Shown here: piece by piece, positions 1 to 8,148 of the stretch | Position numbering within the stretch: the first letter of the stretch is position 1 | Layout of the letters: each line of letters starts with the position of its first letter | From: an uncultured bacterium | GTDB taxonomy: Bacteria > Hydrogenedentota > Hydrogenedentia > Hydrogenedentales > JAEUWI01 | Reading direction: 5' to 3' | DNA: 17,900 nucleotides | NCBI GenBank assembly: GCA_963977445.1 | Contig: CAXBPH010000135.1 | Coordinates: forward strand, 1 to 17,900 | Position numbers and translations under genes: made by a program | Notes under the pieces: generated by a model | What the model saw: the letters and a program-made list of their open reading frames with translations, nothing else | Databases searched by the model: none | What the model was told of the DNA's origin: nothing

Positions 1-1078
1 CCTTGTGGCCCAGAAAAACCTCGGATACAGCAGCATCGTAAGCTCGGCCCTGCGCCTCCACGACCAGAGTATGGCCGTGGGGCAGGCGGTGGGTGCCGTG
101 GCGGCCGTGAGCCTGATGGCGGGCGTGAAGCCCCGGGAGATTCCCTACGACCGCGCCCTCATTTCCAACGTGCAGGAAGGCGTCTGTGCCCGCCTCGACG
201 GCGGACAGCCCGCGACGCTTTGGCCCTTCGGCGATCTCGACCCGGCCCATCCGGCCTTTGTTGCGGTGAATTTGCTTGGTGTTCGTGGTGGGCTGCCCCA
301 CCGGCCTGATGCGGTCGAGTTTCGGGCCGATGATCCAGCCGCTGCAGACTGGCGGGAAGCCGTGGTGGCCGCTTCGCTGGCGACGAAAGTGTACACCGAA
401 GCCCCGGCTGCTCCCCAGGAAGAAATGACCCGGGGAGAATTCGCCCTTGCCTGGTGGGCTGTGATTAAAGACTTGCCCGATGTGCCCTATGCGCGCCAGC
501 AGGAAAAGGATGCCGACGGCGATGGCATTCCCGATAAAGACGACGCCTTGCTCTTTACGGCAGCCACCAGTTCCTGGCCGGAGTACGTGCCCCGCACCGA
601 TGAAGATGGTAATCCCGATCCGCTGACGTCGGGCACGGTGGTGAAGCAGATAAATTTCACGGGCCTATCCGCTGCACCGGTTGAAGGCTTTATTAATGAT
701 GCGGGATTGGTCTTTGATACCGCCCGTGGCTTTGGCTGGGCGGCAGATATCTCCGGCGACAACCGTATTCGGAGCCGTGTTCCCGAGGTTTGGCGGGATA
801 GTTTCCTTTTCACCCGCAGCCATGCCGTGTGGGAATATGTCTTGCCCAACGGGACTTATCAGGTGACCGTGTGCGTTGGCGATTCCGACCATATTCAGGA
901 AGGGCAAAACGTGACCGTGGAGGACACGGTGCTCATCGAAGGGGTCACCACCTCGGCCGGTTTGTTCGTGGAAAAAACGACGACGGTGGAGGTGCGCGAT
1001 GGTCGCCTGACCATGGCCATCGGTATCCCCGGTGGAACCATGAATACCTGCGTCAACTGGATACGCATCGTGAAGTGA
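1..1078 (+). CDS. FAD-dependent oxidoreductase (FAD_oxidored/PF12831-like), 5'-truncated, with SLH-like segment, Ca-binding DxDxDG motif and C-terminal galactose-binding-like/malectin-like module
   Basis: The frame is open from the window edge. VAQKNLGYSSIVSSALRLHDQSMAVGQAVGAVAA matches the C-terminal signature of FAD_oxidored proteins. PFGDLDPAHPAFVAVNLLGVRG and MTRGEFA are SLH-like, and DADGDGIPDKDD is a TSP3-like Ca-binding motif. INF...DAGLVFDTARGFGW...LPNGTYQVTVCVGD...VEVRDGRLTMAIG...VNWIRI is a beta-sandwich sugar-binding module. Stop TGA ends at 1078. Confidence 0.8.
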   Translation, partial: LVAQKNLGYSSIVSSALRLHDQSMAVGQAVGAVAAVSLMAGVKPREIPYDRALISNVQEGVCARLDGGQPATLWPFGDLDPAHPAFVAVNLLGVRGGLPHRPDAVEFRADDPAAADWREAVVAASLATKVYTEAPAAPQEEMTRGEFALAWWAVIKDLPDVPYARQQEKDADGDGIPDKDDALLFTAATSSWPEYVPRTDEDGNPDPLTSGTVVKQINFTGLSAAPVEGFINDAGLVFDTARGFGWAADISGDNRIRSRVPEVWRDSFLFTRSHAVWEYVLPNGTYQVTVCVGDSDHIQEGQNVTVEDTVLIEGVTTSAGLFVEKTTTVEVRDGRLTMAIGIPGGTMNTCVNWIRIVK

Positions 1079-1108
1079 ACGAGGGACGGACCTTACGCCC
1101 GTTCTCCA

Positions 1109-1158
1109 TAACGCAACCGTCTGGGTGGCACGGACACGTCTGCAAGACTTGCCCGTGG
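1109..1158. repeat. REP-like palindromic element, family A, single copy
   Basis: TAACGCAACCGTCTGGGTGGCACGGACACGTCTGCAAGACTTGCCCGTGG is 47/50 identical to 11577-11626. It contains the imperfect hairpin CACGGACACGTCT-GCA-AGACTTGCCCGTG and lies between convergent genes. Confidence 0.8.
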
Positions 1159-1236
1159 GAACAACTGTGATGCAGTGATATGCCCCGGTCTATCTGTGGA
1201 TGAAACGATTTGAGAAGTACAGTTAGCAGATTGCCC

Positions 1237-1986
1237 CTACAAGATAATAATTTCCGGCAAATCATCCCCGTCATCGTCATCTCCGTCACCATCATTGTCG
1301 ACCCCGTCGTTGTCCTCTTCTCCGAGGTCGTTGTCATGGGACTCGTCATCGGCTGGAGCTGAAATAGCCCCTCCTGCAGGCCGCCTGCTCGCCGAAAGGG
1401 CCGATGCGCCGACGATCATGAAACCACCGGTTTCCAGAATCCAATTCATATCCACACCGGCCACGACATAGCCAAGAAAGCTATCCACATGGTGAAACGA
1501 TGACGCCCGTATGACGACAAAGCAACCGGTAAATATCAGGCCCACCAGGCCGAGATAGGCGGATGACTGTGTTCCTCGAACGAACCAGAAGGAAAACAGG
1601 GTGACTCCGATGCCGATGGCTATCATGGCTCCGATGAACCAGGATTGGACCACGCGCCTCCCGTCATACCAGCCTTCGGATTTGGCCATGTCCCGACCAA
1701 TCTGGGTGAAGAGCGTTTGCAGGTCAAGTTGTTTGTTGATGCAGAGAAACAGCATCGCCAGACTGCAGGCCATCCAGAAGGCGACGGCCCGCGCGCTTTG
1801 TCGTGAGCCCGGCAGGAGACGACTCCGCCATGCCGCCCAGAGGCAACACATTCCGGCCAGGAAATACCCTGCGGTAACGAGCCAGCCCGAGAGGGTGGGG
1901 TCACCGATGCCGACCATCCACCGTCCCTGGACGGTGGCACCAAAGAGTAGGGTTGGGGTGTATAAAAGTGAATGAAGATACTGCAT
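1237..1986 (-). CDS. Conserved hypothetical multi-pass membrane protein with Asp-rich C-terminal tail
   Basis: About 5 hydrophobic helices. Motifs WxxGIGDPTxxGW, INKQLDLQTxxTxxGRxxAxxEGWYxxRRxxQ and VIRASSFHHVD match a widespread uncharacterised family. ATG at 1986 has GGAG upstream; an alternative start is at 2013. Confidence 0.8.
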   Translation of the reverse strand: MQYLHSLLYTPTLLFGATVQGRWMVGIGDPTLSGWLVTAGYFLAGMCCLWAAWRSRLLPGSRQSARAVAFWMACSLAMLFLCINKQLDLQTLFTQIGRDMAKSEGWYDGRRVVQSWFIGAMIAIGIGVTLFSFWFVRGTQSSAYLGLVGLIFTGCFVVIRASSFHHVDSFLGYVVAGVDMNWILETGGFMIVGASALSASRRPAGGAISAPADDESHDNDLGEEDNDGVDNDGDGDDDDGDDLPEIIIL

Positions 1987-2019
1987 AGCGGGCGCTACTC
2001 CGATTCTATCCATGGGGTA

Positions 2020-2829
2020 CTACTTGTTGAGGGGGTCGAGGGCAATGCGACGAAACCACGTCTCGCCCCCTTCAATCTGAATTTGAATCTGGCCCGCACG
2101 GGGCTTGACGTCGTAAACCGCATTCACCACCTCGCCATTGAGCGATAGTGTCAGCGTGTCACCGTCTGCGAGGACTTCAAAGGTGTTCCATTCGCCGACG
2201 GGCTTTTCCAGGTCTTTCGCTCCGCGATACCCCTGCTCATCTTTCCAGTCCGGGTCGCGGCCCCACCAGTTGATGCGGCCGAAATTGATGGTCTGGGGCG
2301 TGCCCTTGGGGTCGTAGAGCCAGCAGCCATTCTGTTGCTCCGGGGCCGCCTTTACGCTCGCCTGGTAGGCATCTGTTTCGTCGCCCAACACGAGAATGTC
2401 GCCCGTGCCCCCTTCAATCATCTGTGCGGCGAGGGCATATTTCCACAGGCCCCGAAAGCCTCCCTCCGCGCCGGTGGCATGAATCTGAAAGCCACAATCC
2501 AGCGCCTTGCCTACCCGGTCGCCGTAGCCCGTGGTACCCCATTTAAACTCCACCACCATCCGGTAATTGGCATAACTTTTCTCGGTGCTGAGACAGCCCC
2601 GCTCGTCGCCCGCGATATGGAGGAGGCCATCTTCGACCGTTACGATGCCTGCGGGGTCTTCGCCTTTCTCACGGCCCTTGAGGTAGGGATACCAGTTGCT
2701 GAGGTCGGTGCCGTTGAAGAGTTCGATGGTCTCGGTGGGCTCAATGGGGCCTTCTTCGGACCACGCAGGTACCAGTAAACCAAGCGCAAGGAGTGTCGTT
2801 GCGTATAGACGTGTGCAGCAGGCAGACAT
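2020..2829 (-). CDS. Secreted DUF1080 (3-keto-disaccharide hydrolase-like) protein
   Basis: Signal peptide ...LLALGLLVPAWS. DUF1080 motifs ELFNGTDLSNW, LSTEKSYANYRMVVEFKWG, EKPVGEWNTFEV, LNGEVVN and GQIQIQIEGGETWFRRI. ATG at 2829 is preceded by GGAAAGGA. Confidence 0.88.
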   Translation of the reverse strand: MSACCTRLYATTLLALGLLVPAWSEEGPIEPTETIELFNGTDLSNWYPYLKGREKGEDPAGIVTVEDGLLHIAGDERGCLSTEKSYANYRMVVEFKWGTTGYGDRVGKALDCGFQIHATGAEGGFRGLWKYALAAQMIEGGTGDILVLGDETDAYQASVKAAPEQQNGCWLYDPKGTPQTINFGRINWWGRDPDWKDEQGYRGAKDLEKPVGEWNTFEVLADGDTLTLSLNGEVVNAVYDVKPRAGQIQIQIEGGETWFRRIALDPLNK

Positions 2830-3099
2830 GAGTTTCCTTTCCAAGGGTTTCAGGCCACTAGCATGCATGAATCCCGTTCGGTACGCAAGATGGCGGTTTC
2901 GTGCGGGGGCCTGCTGACAGTGATGGACACCGTGCTTACATGGGATTCAGACGATTACTGTTGCAATCAGAATCCCGGGGTGCGCCAAAAAGGTCTTCCC
3001 AACCATGGCAGATTAGACACCTCCCCACTGGTTGAACGAATAAGAAATCATGTAGTCTTAACGGAGTTTGACTCTCTCCTGCCTCACCGAAGGTTCGCC

Positions 3100-5460
3100 A
3101 TGACGTCTGATACGAAGTCCAGAAACGCGCCACGGAAAATTGTGGCCACCGTGCCGCCCCAGGAAATCCTTCCGATTGTGGACGGTAATTTCGAGTCCAA
3201 CGTACCGGGCATTTACGTGATCGGCGACGTGACGGGCTTGCCCCTGGTGAAGGTGGCGGCCAATCATGGCACCGAGTTGCTGGCGAAGATGGAGAAGCAG
3301 GGCCGTTTCAAGAAGCGCGCCGACGAAGGGCTGGACCTGGTCATCATCGGTGCCGGCCCCGCAGGCCTGTCGGCGGCGGTGGAAGCCCAGGCGCAGGGGT
3401 TGCGCTATGTGGTGTTGGAGCGGGCGAAGGTAGCGAGTACCGTGCGCAGCTTCCCCCCGGGAAAGAAAGTCTATGCCGAACCCCGCTTCCTGAAGAATAT
3501 CAGCCAGATTGATTCCGAAGGGGACAAAGAGAAGAGCGACTTCATTGCCATGGTCGAAACCCTCGTCGCAGAAAAAGGCCTTCAGGTAAAAGAAGGTACC
3601 GAAGTGGCGCGGGTGGAGCGAAAGGGCGACCACCAATTTGCCGTCCATACGGCGACAGACAAGGTCTTCGAAACCGCCAATGTGGTGGTGGCCGTCGGAC
3701 GCCAGGGCCAGCCCCGCCTGTTGGAAGTGCCCGGTGCGGAGTTGTCCCACAAGGTGACCTATCGGCTTCATACGGCCGAAGATTATCGCGATAAAGACCT
3801 GCTTATCGTGGGTGGGGGGAATTCCGCTATCGAGGCGGCCCTCATGCTTGCTCCCAACAACCGGGTGACCCTTGCCTATCGGGGGGACAATTTCTATCGG
3901 GCGAAAGAAGACAATCGTATTGCCCTCGAAGCTGCGGAGCGCGATGGCCAACTGACCATTCTCTACAAGAGCGAGGTGCGGGAAATTCGCGAAGGCGAGG
4001 TAGACGTCGAGATAGACGGTGCCAAATCCACCCTCCCGAATGACAACGTGATCGTGCTCATCGGCACCTTGCCCCCCGTCGATTTTCTGCTCGACATGGG
4101 CCTGGAACTCGATGGCGTCTGGACGAAGAAGCGGGTGGTCTATTCGGTTCTGGGCATTGCGGCGGGTATCTTCATCTATTTTGGTGCGAAATATTTCGCC
4201 CTCCATCCCGACAAAGCGGGGGAGGGGAAGCTCTATCTGGATTGGGCGTCGGGACTCGCCGACTCCTCCGTCTTGACCGCCTTGGGCGTGCTCTTCGGGC
4301 TTTTATTGCCCGTGGCCTGGTTGCTGCTGCTCGGGCTCAAGTTGGTGAATACGAATATGACCCGTCGGGGTCATAGCGCCCTCGTGAAGGTGCCGTGGGC
4401 CGGTGCGGCGTTGACCGTCGGGGCATTGCTCTATGGCATGACGCTTGCCGCGCCCCACGTGATTACCCTCGATGCCGCAGAGGCTGGGCCGGGTCCCTAT
4501 TATCTGCCGGGCTTCGCCTGGCTATACACGGTCGTGCCGAAATACTTCGGGAATCTCTACGGCTTCTACTACCTCGCCTATTTCAGCGCCATCACGGGCT
4601 TTGGACTCTACTGGGCCTTCCGGTATAAGCATCGCCGCATCTGGATTCGCAACCTTACCATCATCGCCACGCAATGGACCCTGTGGTGGGGCATCCCTAC
4701 CTTTCTCGCGGTGTTCATCGGGAAGAATCCCTGGACGCCCCTCATCGGCCGTTCGCTGAATGCCTGGCCCCTGAAAATGAATGCCTTTGAGATGGAGACT
4801 ATCGGGCCGGGGGATCCTGCCTGGTGGCACACCGTAGCCGTAGTGGGCGTGGTGTGGGCCGTTTTCCTCACCTTCGTCGTCATCCCTCTGTTTACGATTA
4901 AGTGGGGCAAGATCTACTGCTCCTACATTTGTTCCTGTGGGGCCCTGGCCGAGACGGTGGGCAATGGTTTCCGTCATCGGGGACCCAAGGGCGACTTGCC
5001 GCGAAAGCTGGAAAAATTCGGCTTCGTCTTTATCTTTCTCGCGGCCGGGGCGACGATTGCCCACTTCCTGGGCTACAGCGCACCCTATCATTACTACAAC
5101 GTGGGCGTCGGCACCTTCCTCGCCGGGGCACTCGCTATCGGACTCTACCCCTTCCTCGGACAACGGGTCTGGTGCCGCATGTGGTGTCCGCTGGCCTTCT
5201 GGATGAATTTCTGGGGACGCTGGTCGAAGTTTAAGATTTCGCCCGAAAAAGGCAAGTGTATCGACTGCAACATGTGCAATCAGTATTGCCAGATGGGCAT
5301 CGACATCAAGTCCCGCGCCCTCCAGGGTATCCCGGTCACACTGAAAGATACCCCCTGCGTGGGCTGCGCCGAATGTGTCGTACGCTGTCCCATGGAGATC
5401 CTCCACATTGGCGAAGCCCCCGAAAACAAAGAGATTCTCTATGAGGCGAGTAAGAAATAA
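3100..5460 (+). CDS. NAD(P)/FAD-dependent oxidoreductase (TrxR/YpdA-like) fused to a membrane-bound 4Fe-4S polyferredoxin (NapH/MauN/NosR C-terminal-like)
   Basis: FAD motif IIGAGPAG and NAD(P) motif IVGGGNSA followed by YRG. Many TM helices. Cys motifs YCSYICSCG, WCRMWCP, CIDCNMCNQYC and CVGCAECVVRCP. Likely start is ATG 3100 (MTSDTK); the extension to 2863 in the ORF track covers the divergent intergenic region. Confidence 0.88.
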   Translation: MTSDTKSRNAPRKIVATVPPQEILPIVDGNFESNVPGIYVIGDVTGLPLVKVAANHGTELLAKMEKQGRFKKRADEGLDLVIIGAGPAGLSAAVEAQAQGLRYVVLERAKVASTVRSFPPGKKVYAEPRFLKNISQIDSEGDKEKSDFIAMVETLVAEKGLQVKEGTEVARVERKGDHQFAVHTATDKVFETANVVVAVGRQGQPRLLEVPGAELSHKVTYRLHTAEDYRDKDLLIVGGGNSAIEAALMLAPNNRVTLAYRGDNFYRAKEDNRIALEAAERDGQLTILYKSEVREIREGEVDVEIDGAKSTLPNDNVIVLIGTLPPVDFLLDMGLELDGVWTKKRVVYSVLGIAAGIFIYFGAKYFALHPDKAGEGKLYLDWASGLADSSVLTALGVLFGLLLPVAWLLLLGLKLVNTNMTRRGHSALVKVPWAGAALTVGALLYGMTLAAPHVITLDAAEAGPGPYYLPGFAWLYTVVPKYFGNLYGFYYLAYFSAITGFGLYWAFRYKHRRIWIRNLTIIATQWTLWWGIPTFLAVFIGKNPWTPLIGRSLNAWPLKMNAFEMETIGPGDPAWWHTVAVVGVVWAVFLTFVVIPLFTIKWGKIYCSYICSCGALAETVGNGFRHRGPKGDLPRKLEKFGFVFIFLAAGATIAHFLGYSAPYHYYNVGVGTFLAGALAIGLYPFLGQRVWCRMWCPLAFWMNFWGRWSKFKISPEKGKCIDCNMCNQYCQMGIDIKSRALQGIPVTLKDTPCVGCAECVVRCPMEILHIGEAPENKEILYEASKK

Positions 5461-5510
5461 GATCCTGCGATCACGTCCAACAGGAGGCTTCCAAGTCCGC
5501 CGTAGGCTGA

Positions 5511-5674
5511 TTGGGCATTCCAGCCCGACACAAAACCCTTGGTGGGTGAAGGAGGGCACTGGGGTGTTGTTTGTAGACTTCGTTTTCAGAAACGTTTTAG
5601 ACCCTGGCCCCAGGAAAAAATCTACGTGTACGAAATAGCGTAACGTCAACCTTGTGTCGGGCAGGAATGCCCAA
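5511..5674. repeat. REP doublet in inverted orientation (REPIN-like), family B
   Basis: TTGGGCATTCCAGCCCGACACAA (5511-5533) and TTGTGTCGGGCAGGAATGCCCAA (5652-5674) are 22/23 reverse complements separated by 118 nt. Each arm has its own GGGC-N6-GCCC mini-hairpin. Confidence 0.8.
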
Positions 5675-5769
5675 CCCCCTGTTGGGACGCCTTTGTGACT
5701 ATTGAGGCGAATTGTTGTAGCCTTAGTTCAGCTACGCCATTGAGCGCGCGTCTTCAAAGAGGACCAATC

Positions 5770-6675
5770 ATGACAACAACCGACAAGCAAAAATCCTACT
5801 ACGGCGTCTTTTTCTGGGTGGCCGCCATATCCTTTATTGTGCCTTTTTTTGTGGCGGTCCGGGCCTTTGACGTGGTGGGACCGGCCACGAAGCCGGAGCC
5901 CGCGCCCGATGCTTCCGGAGTGGACAATGCCCTGTGGGATTACCTGCTCAAGGCCTACGTGGAGAAGGGCCTCGTGGATTACGATGCCATGGGCCGGGAC
6001 TATATCTTTCGCACCTATCTGAAAGAGCTCGGCGGTGCCCAGCCCGACAAGCTCGCTACCGACGATGACCGTCTGGCCTTGTTGTGCAATGCCTACAACG
6101 CCTTCGTCATCAATGGGGTTATCACCCACAAGATTCGTGCATCGGTCAATGACTACGTGGAAGACGGCACCGGTTTTTTTGACCTGAAGGAACACATTTT
6201 CGCCAACCAGACCCTGAGCCTCAACGATATCGAACACACCCTGATACGTGAACGATTTGACGAACCCCGCATTCACGTGGCCCTCGTGTGCGCGGCGGTG
6301 AGCTGTCCTTCACTGCGTGCCGAAGCCTTTGAAGGCGCACGGCTGGACGCGCAGCTCGCGGACCAGGCACGTATCTTCGCCAACAGTCCCACCCATGTTG
6401 CGTACGATGGGGAAAACAAGACCGTGCACCTGAGCCGCATCCTGTCGTGGTATGGCGAAGACTGGGACAATCACGGTGGCTACTTAACCTGGCTCGCCGA
6501 GCGGGTGGAAGACCCCGATGTGGCCGAAGCACTGCGTCAGGCGGAAGAGGGCAGCGTTGCGGTGGAATTCAACGAATATGACTGGGTATTGAATACCCAG
6601 AATGAACGTGCACCAGGCGGCAGCGCCGACCCCAGCAGTGGTGCCTTTGGTTCGGGCTCCATTCCCAATGAATGA
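5770..6675 (+). CDS. DUF547 domain-containing protein with N-terminal membrane anchor
   Basis: Motifs LWDYLLKAYVEKGLVDY, LALLCNAYNAFVI, LSLNDIEHTLIR, EPRIHVALVCAAVSCPSL, LSRILSWYGEDW and YDWVLN. ATG at 5770 follows AAGAGGA. Confidence 0.9.
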   Translation: MTTTDKQKSYYGVFFWVAAISFIVPFFVAVRAFDVVGPATKPEPAPDASGVDNALWDYLLKAYVEKGLVDYDAMGRDYIFRTYLKELGGAQPDKLATDDDRLALLCNAYNAFVINGVITHKIRASVNDYVEDGTGFFDLKEHIFANQTLSLNDIEHTLIRERFDEPRIHVALVCAAVSCPSLRAEAFEGARLDAQLADQARIFANSPTHVAYDGENKTVHLSRILSWYGEDWDNHGGYLTWLAERVEDPDVAEALRQAEEGSVAVEFNEYDWVLNTQNERAPGGSADPSSGAFGSGSIPNE

Positions 6676-6829
6676 AAGCGCGGGGCCCGGTGTCGCCCCG
6701 GTGTCGCTCTTCCCTCATTGGCGACTTCCATTGCGTATATCATCACAGCCTGCCACCGACTTCAGGTATGCTTGCTCTTGACCGATACAATCTTTCCTTA
6801 TCCAGACCGTAGCTCGAAGGAGTTCCCCC

Positions 6830-8119
6830 ATGCCACGCCCCACATTTTGCCTGTTACTGGTGACACTCCTTGCGCCCCTGCTCGTCCACGGCGGCACCGA
6901 TGACGCCCGCTGGCCCGCCTGGCGTGGTCCCGACGGCACCGGAGTCGTCACCGGGGGCAATCCACCGTTGCACTGGAGTGAGACAGAAAACATCAAGTGG
7001 AAGACAGACCTGCCCGGAGAGGGGCAGTCTACCCCAATCATCTGGGGCGACAAGATTTTTCTCCAGACGGCAGAAAGCCTCGGGGAGCCTACGGGAGATG
7101 AAAAACTCTCCATCTACCGTTTCAGTGTCTTGTGTCTCGATCGGAGCACGGGAGAGAAGCGATGGCAGACGACGCTGTGTGAAGCCCGACCCCACGAAGG
7201 ACACCACAAGTCCACGACGGTTGCACCATTTTCACCCGTTACCGACGGGAAGGGCCTCTGGGTAAGCCTGGGCTCACTGGGACTCTATCAGCTCTCCACA
7301 GAAGGAGAAATCCTGTGGGAAGCCAAAACGATTGAGATGGACAAAGTGGGCCCTTTCGGTGAGGGAAGTTCACCCATCCTTGTGGGCGATGCGGTTATCG
7401 TACTCGCTGATCACGAAGGCCCCTCCAAGCTATTCGCTTTTCACAAAGATACGGGTAAGCCCCTTTGGGTCGTGGACCGAGATACGGAGAGTTCCTGGGG
7501 TACACCCGTGGCGGTACAGGTTGGGGACAAGACCGAAATAATTACGACCGCTCCGGGGACCGTACGCAGCTACGATGCCCGTACAGGAAAACTCATCTGG
7601 TCCTGTGGGGGCCTCACTTCGTGTGCAGCACCATCACCGGTCGTTGCGAATGGATTGGTGTACGCCACCACAGGCTATAAAGGTGAGGCTTTGATGGCGA
7701 TTGAACTCGGACACACCGGCGATCTGACGGGTACGGGAGCACTACGATGGGCGGTAGACAGTACCGGCTCGGAGGTTTCGACTCCGCTGGTCTATCAAGA
7801 CCGCATCTTCGTATTTAAGAGTATCAGTGCCAATTTATCCTGCTTCAACGCGACCACGGGCGAGGTCTACTACGAGCGCAACCGGATTCCGGAGATGAAG
7901 CAGGTCTACGCATCACCCATCGCCGTGGGAGAGCACATCTACATCAATGGACGAGAAGGGACGACCGTGGTCATTAAGTCGGCTGATGTCCTGGATATTG
8001 TGGCGACCAACCACCTCGACGAGATTCTGGATGCGTCACCCGTAGTAATTGGTGACGAGCTTTACTTGCGCGGCCGGAACCGTATGTACTGCATCGCCGA
8101 CGTGGGAACGAATAATTAG
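6830..8119 (+). CDS. Secreted PQQ-binding-like beta-propeller repeat protein (BamB-like fold)
   Basis: Signal peptide, then WPAWRGPDGTG, WSETENIKWKTDLPGEGQSTPIIWGDKIF, repeated SP/TP-V and DxxTGKxxW blades, and ASPVVIGDELYLRG at the end. AAGGAG RBS upstream. Confidence 0.9.
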   Translation: MPRPTFCLLLVTLLAPLLVHGGTDDARWPAWRGPDGTGVVTGGNPPLHWSETENIKWKTDLPGEGQSTPIIWGDKIFLQTAESLGEPTGDEKLSIYRFSVLCLDRSTGEKRWQTTLCEARPHEGHHKSTTVAPFSPVTDGKGLWVSLGSLGLYQLSTEGEILWEAKTIEMDKVGPFGEGSSPILVGDAVIVLADHEGPSKLFAFHKDTGKPLWVVDRDTESSWGTPVAVQVGDKTEIITTAPGTVRSYDARTGKLIWSCGGLTSCAAPSPVVANGLVYATTGYKGEALMAIELGHTGDLTGTGALRWAVDSTGSEVSTPLVYQDRIFVFKSISANLSCFNATTGEVYYERNRIPEMKQVYASPIAVGEHIYINGREGTTVVIKSADVLDIVATNHLDEILDASPVVIGDELYLRGRNRMYCIADVGTNN

Positions 8120-8148
8120 AAATCGGACAGGATTGACGCCCAAGGTAC

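Noticed and set aside
829..1170. ORFs 829-1170 and 11363-11671 sharing SGWHGxVCKTCPW, a CxxC-like motif
   Set aside because: Translation of the family A repeat, not a protein motif.
2863..3099. 79-aa N-terminal extension of the oxidoreductase in the ORF track
   Set aside because: It spans the divergent intergenic region and has no domain-like sequence. ATG 3100 fits the start of the recognisable domain better.
3058..5649. Long minus-strand ORFs 3058-4206 and 4522-5649
   Set aside because: They lie opposite the well-supported oxidoreductase fusion and show no domain signal.
6686..6707. 11-bp tandem duplication CCCGGTGTCGC x2 after DUF547
   Set aside because: Real but only two GC-rich units with no associated element; most simply replication slippage.
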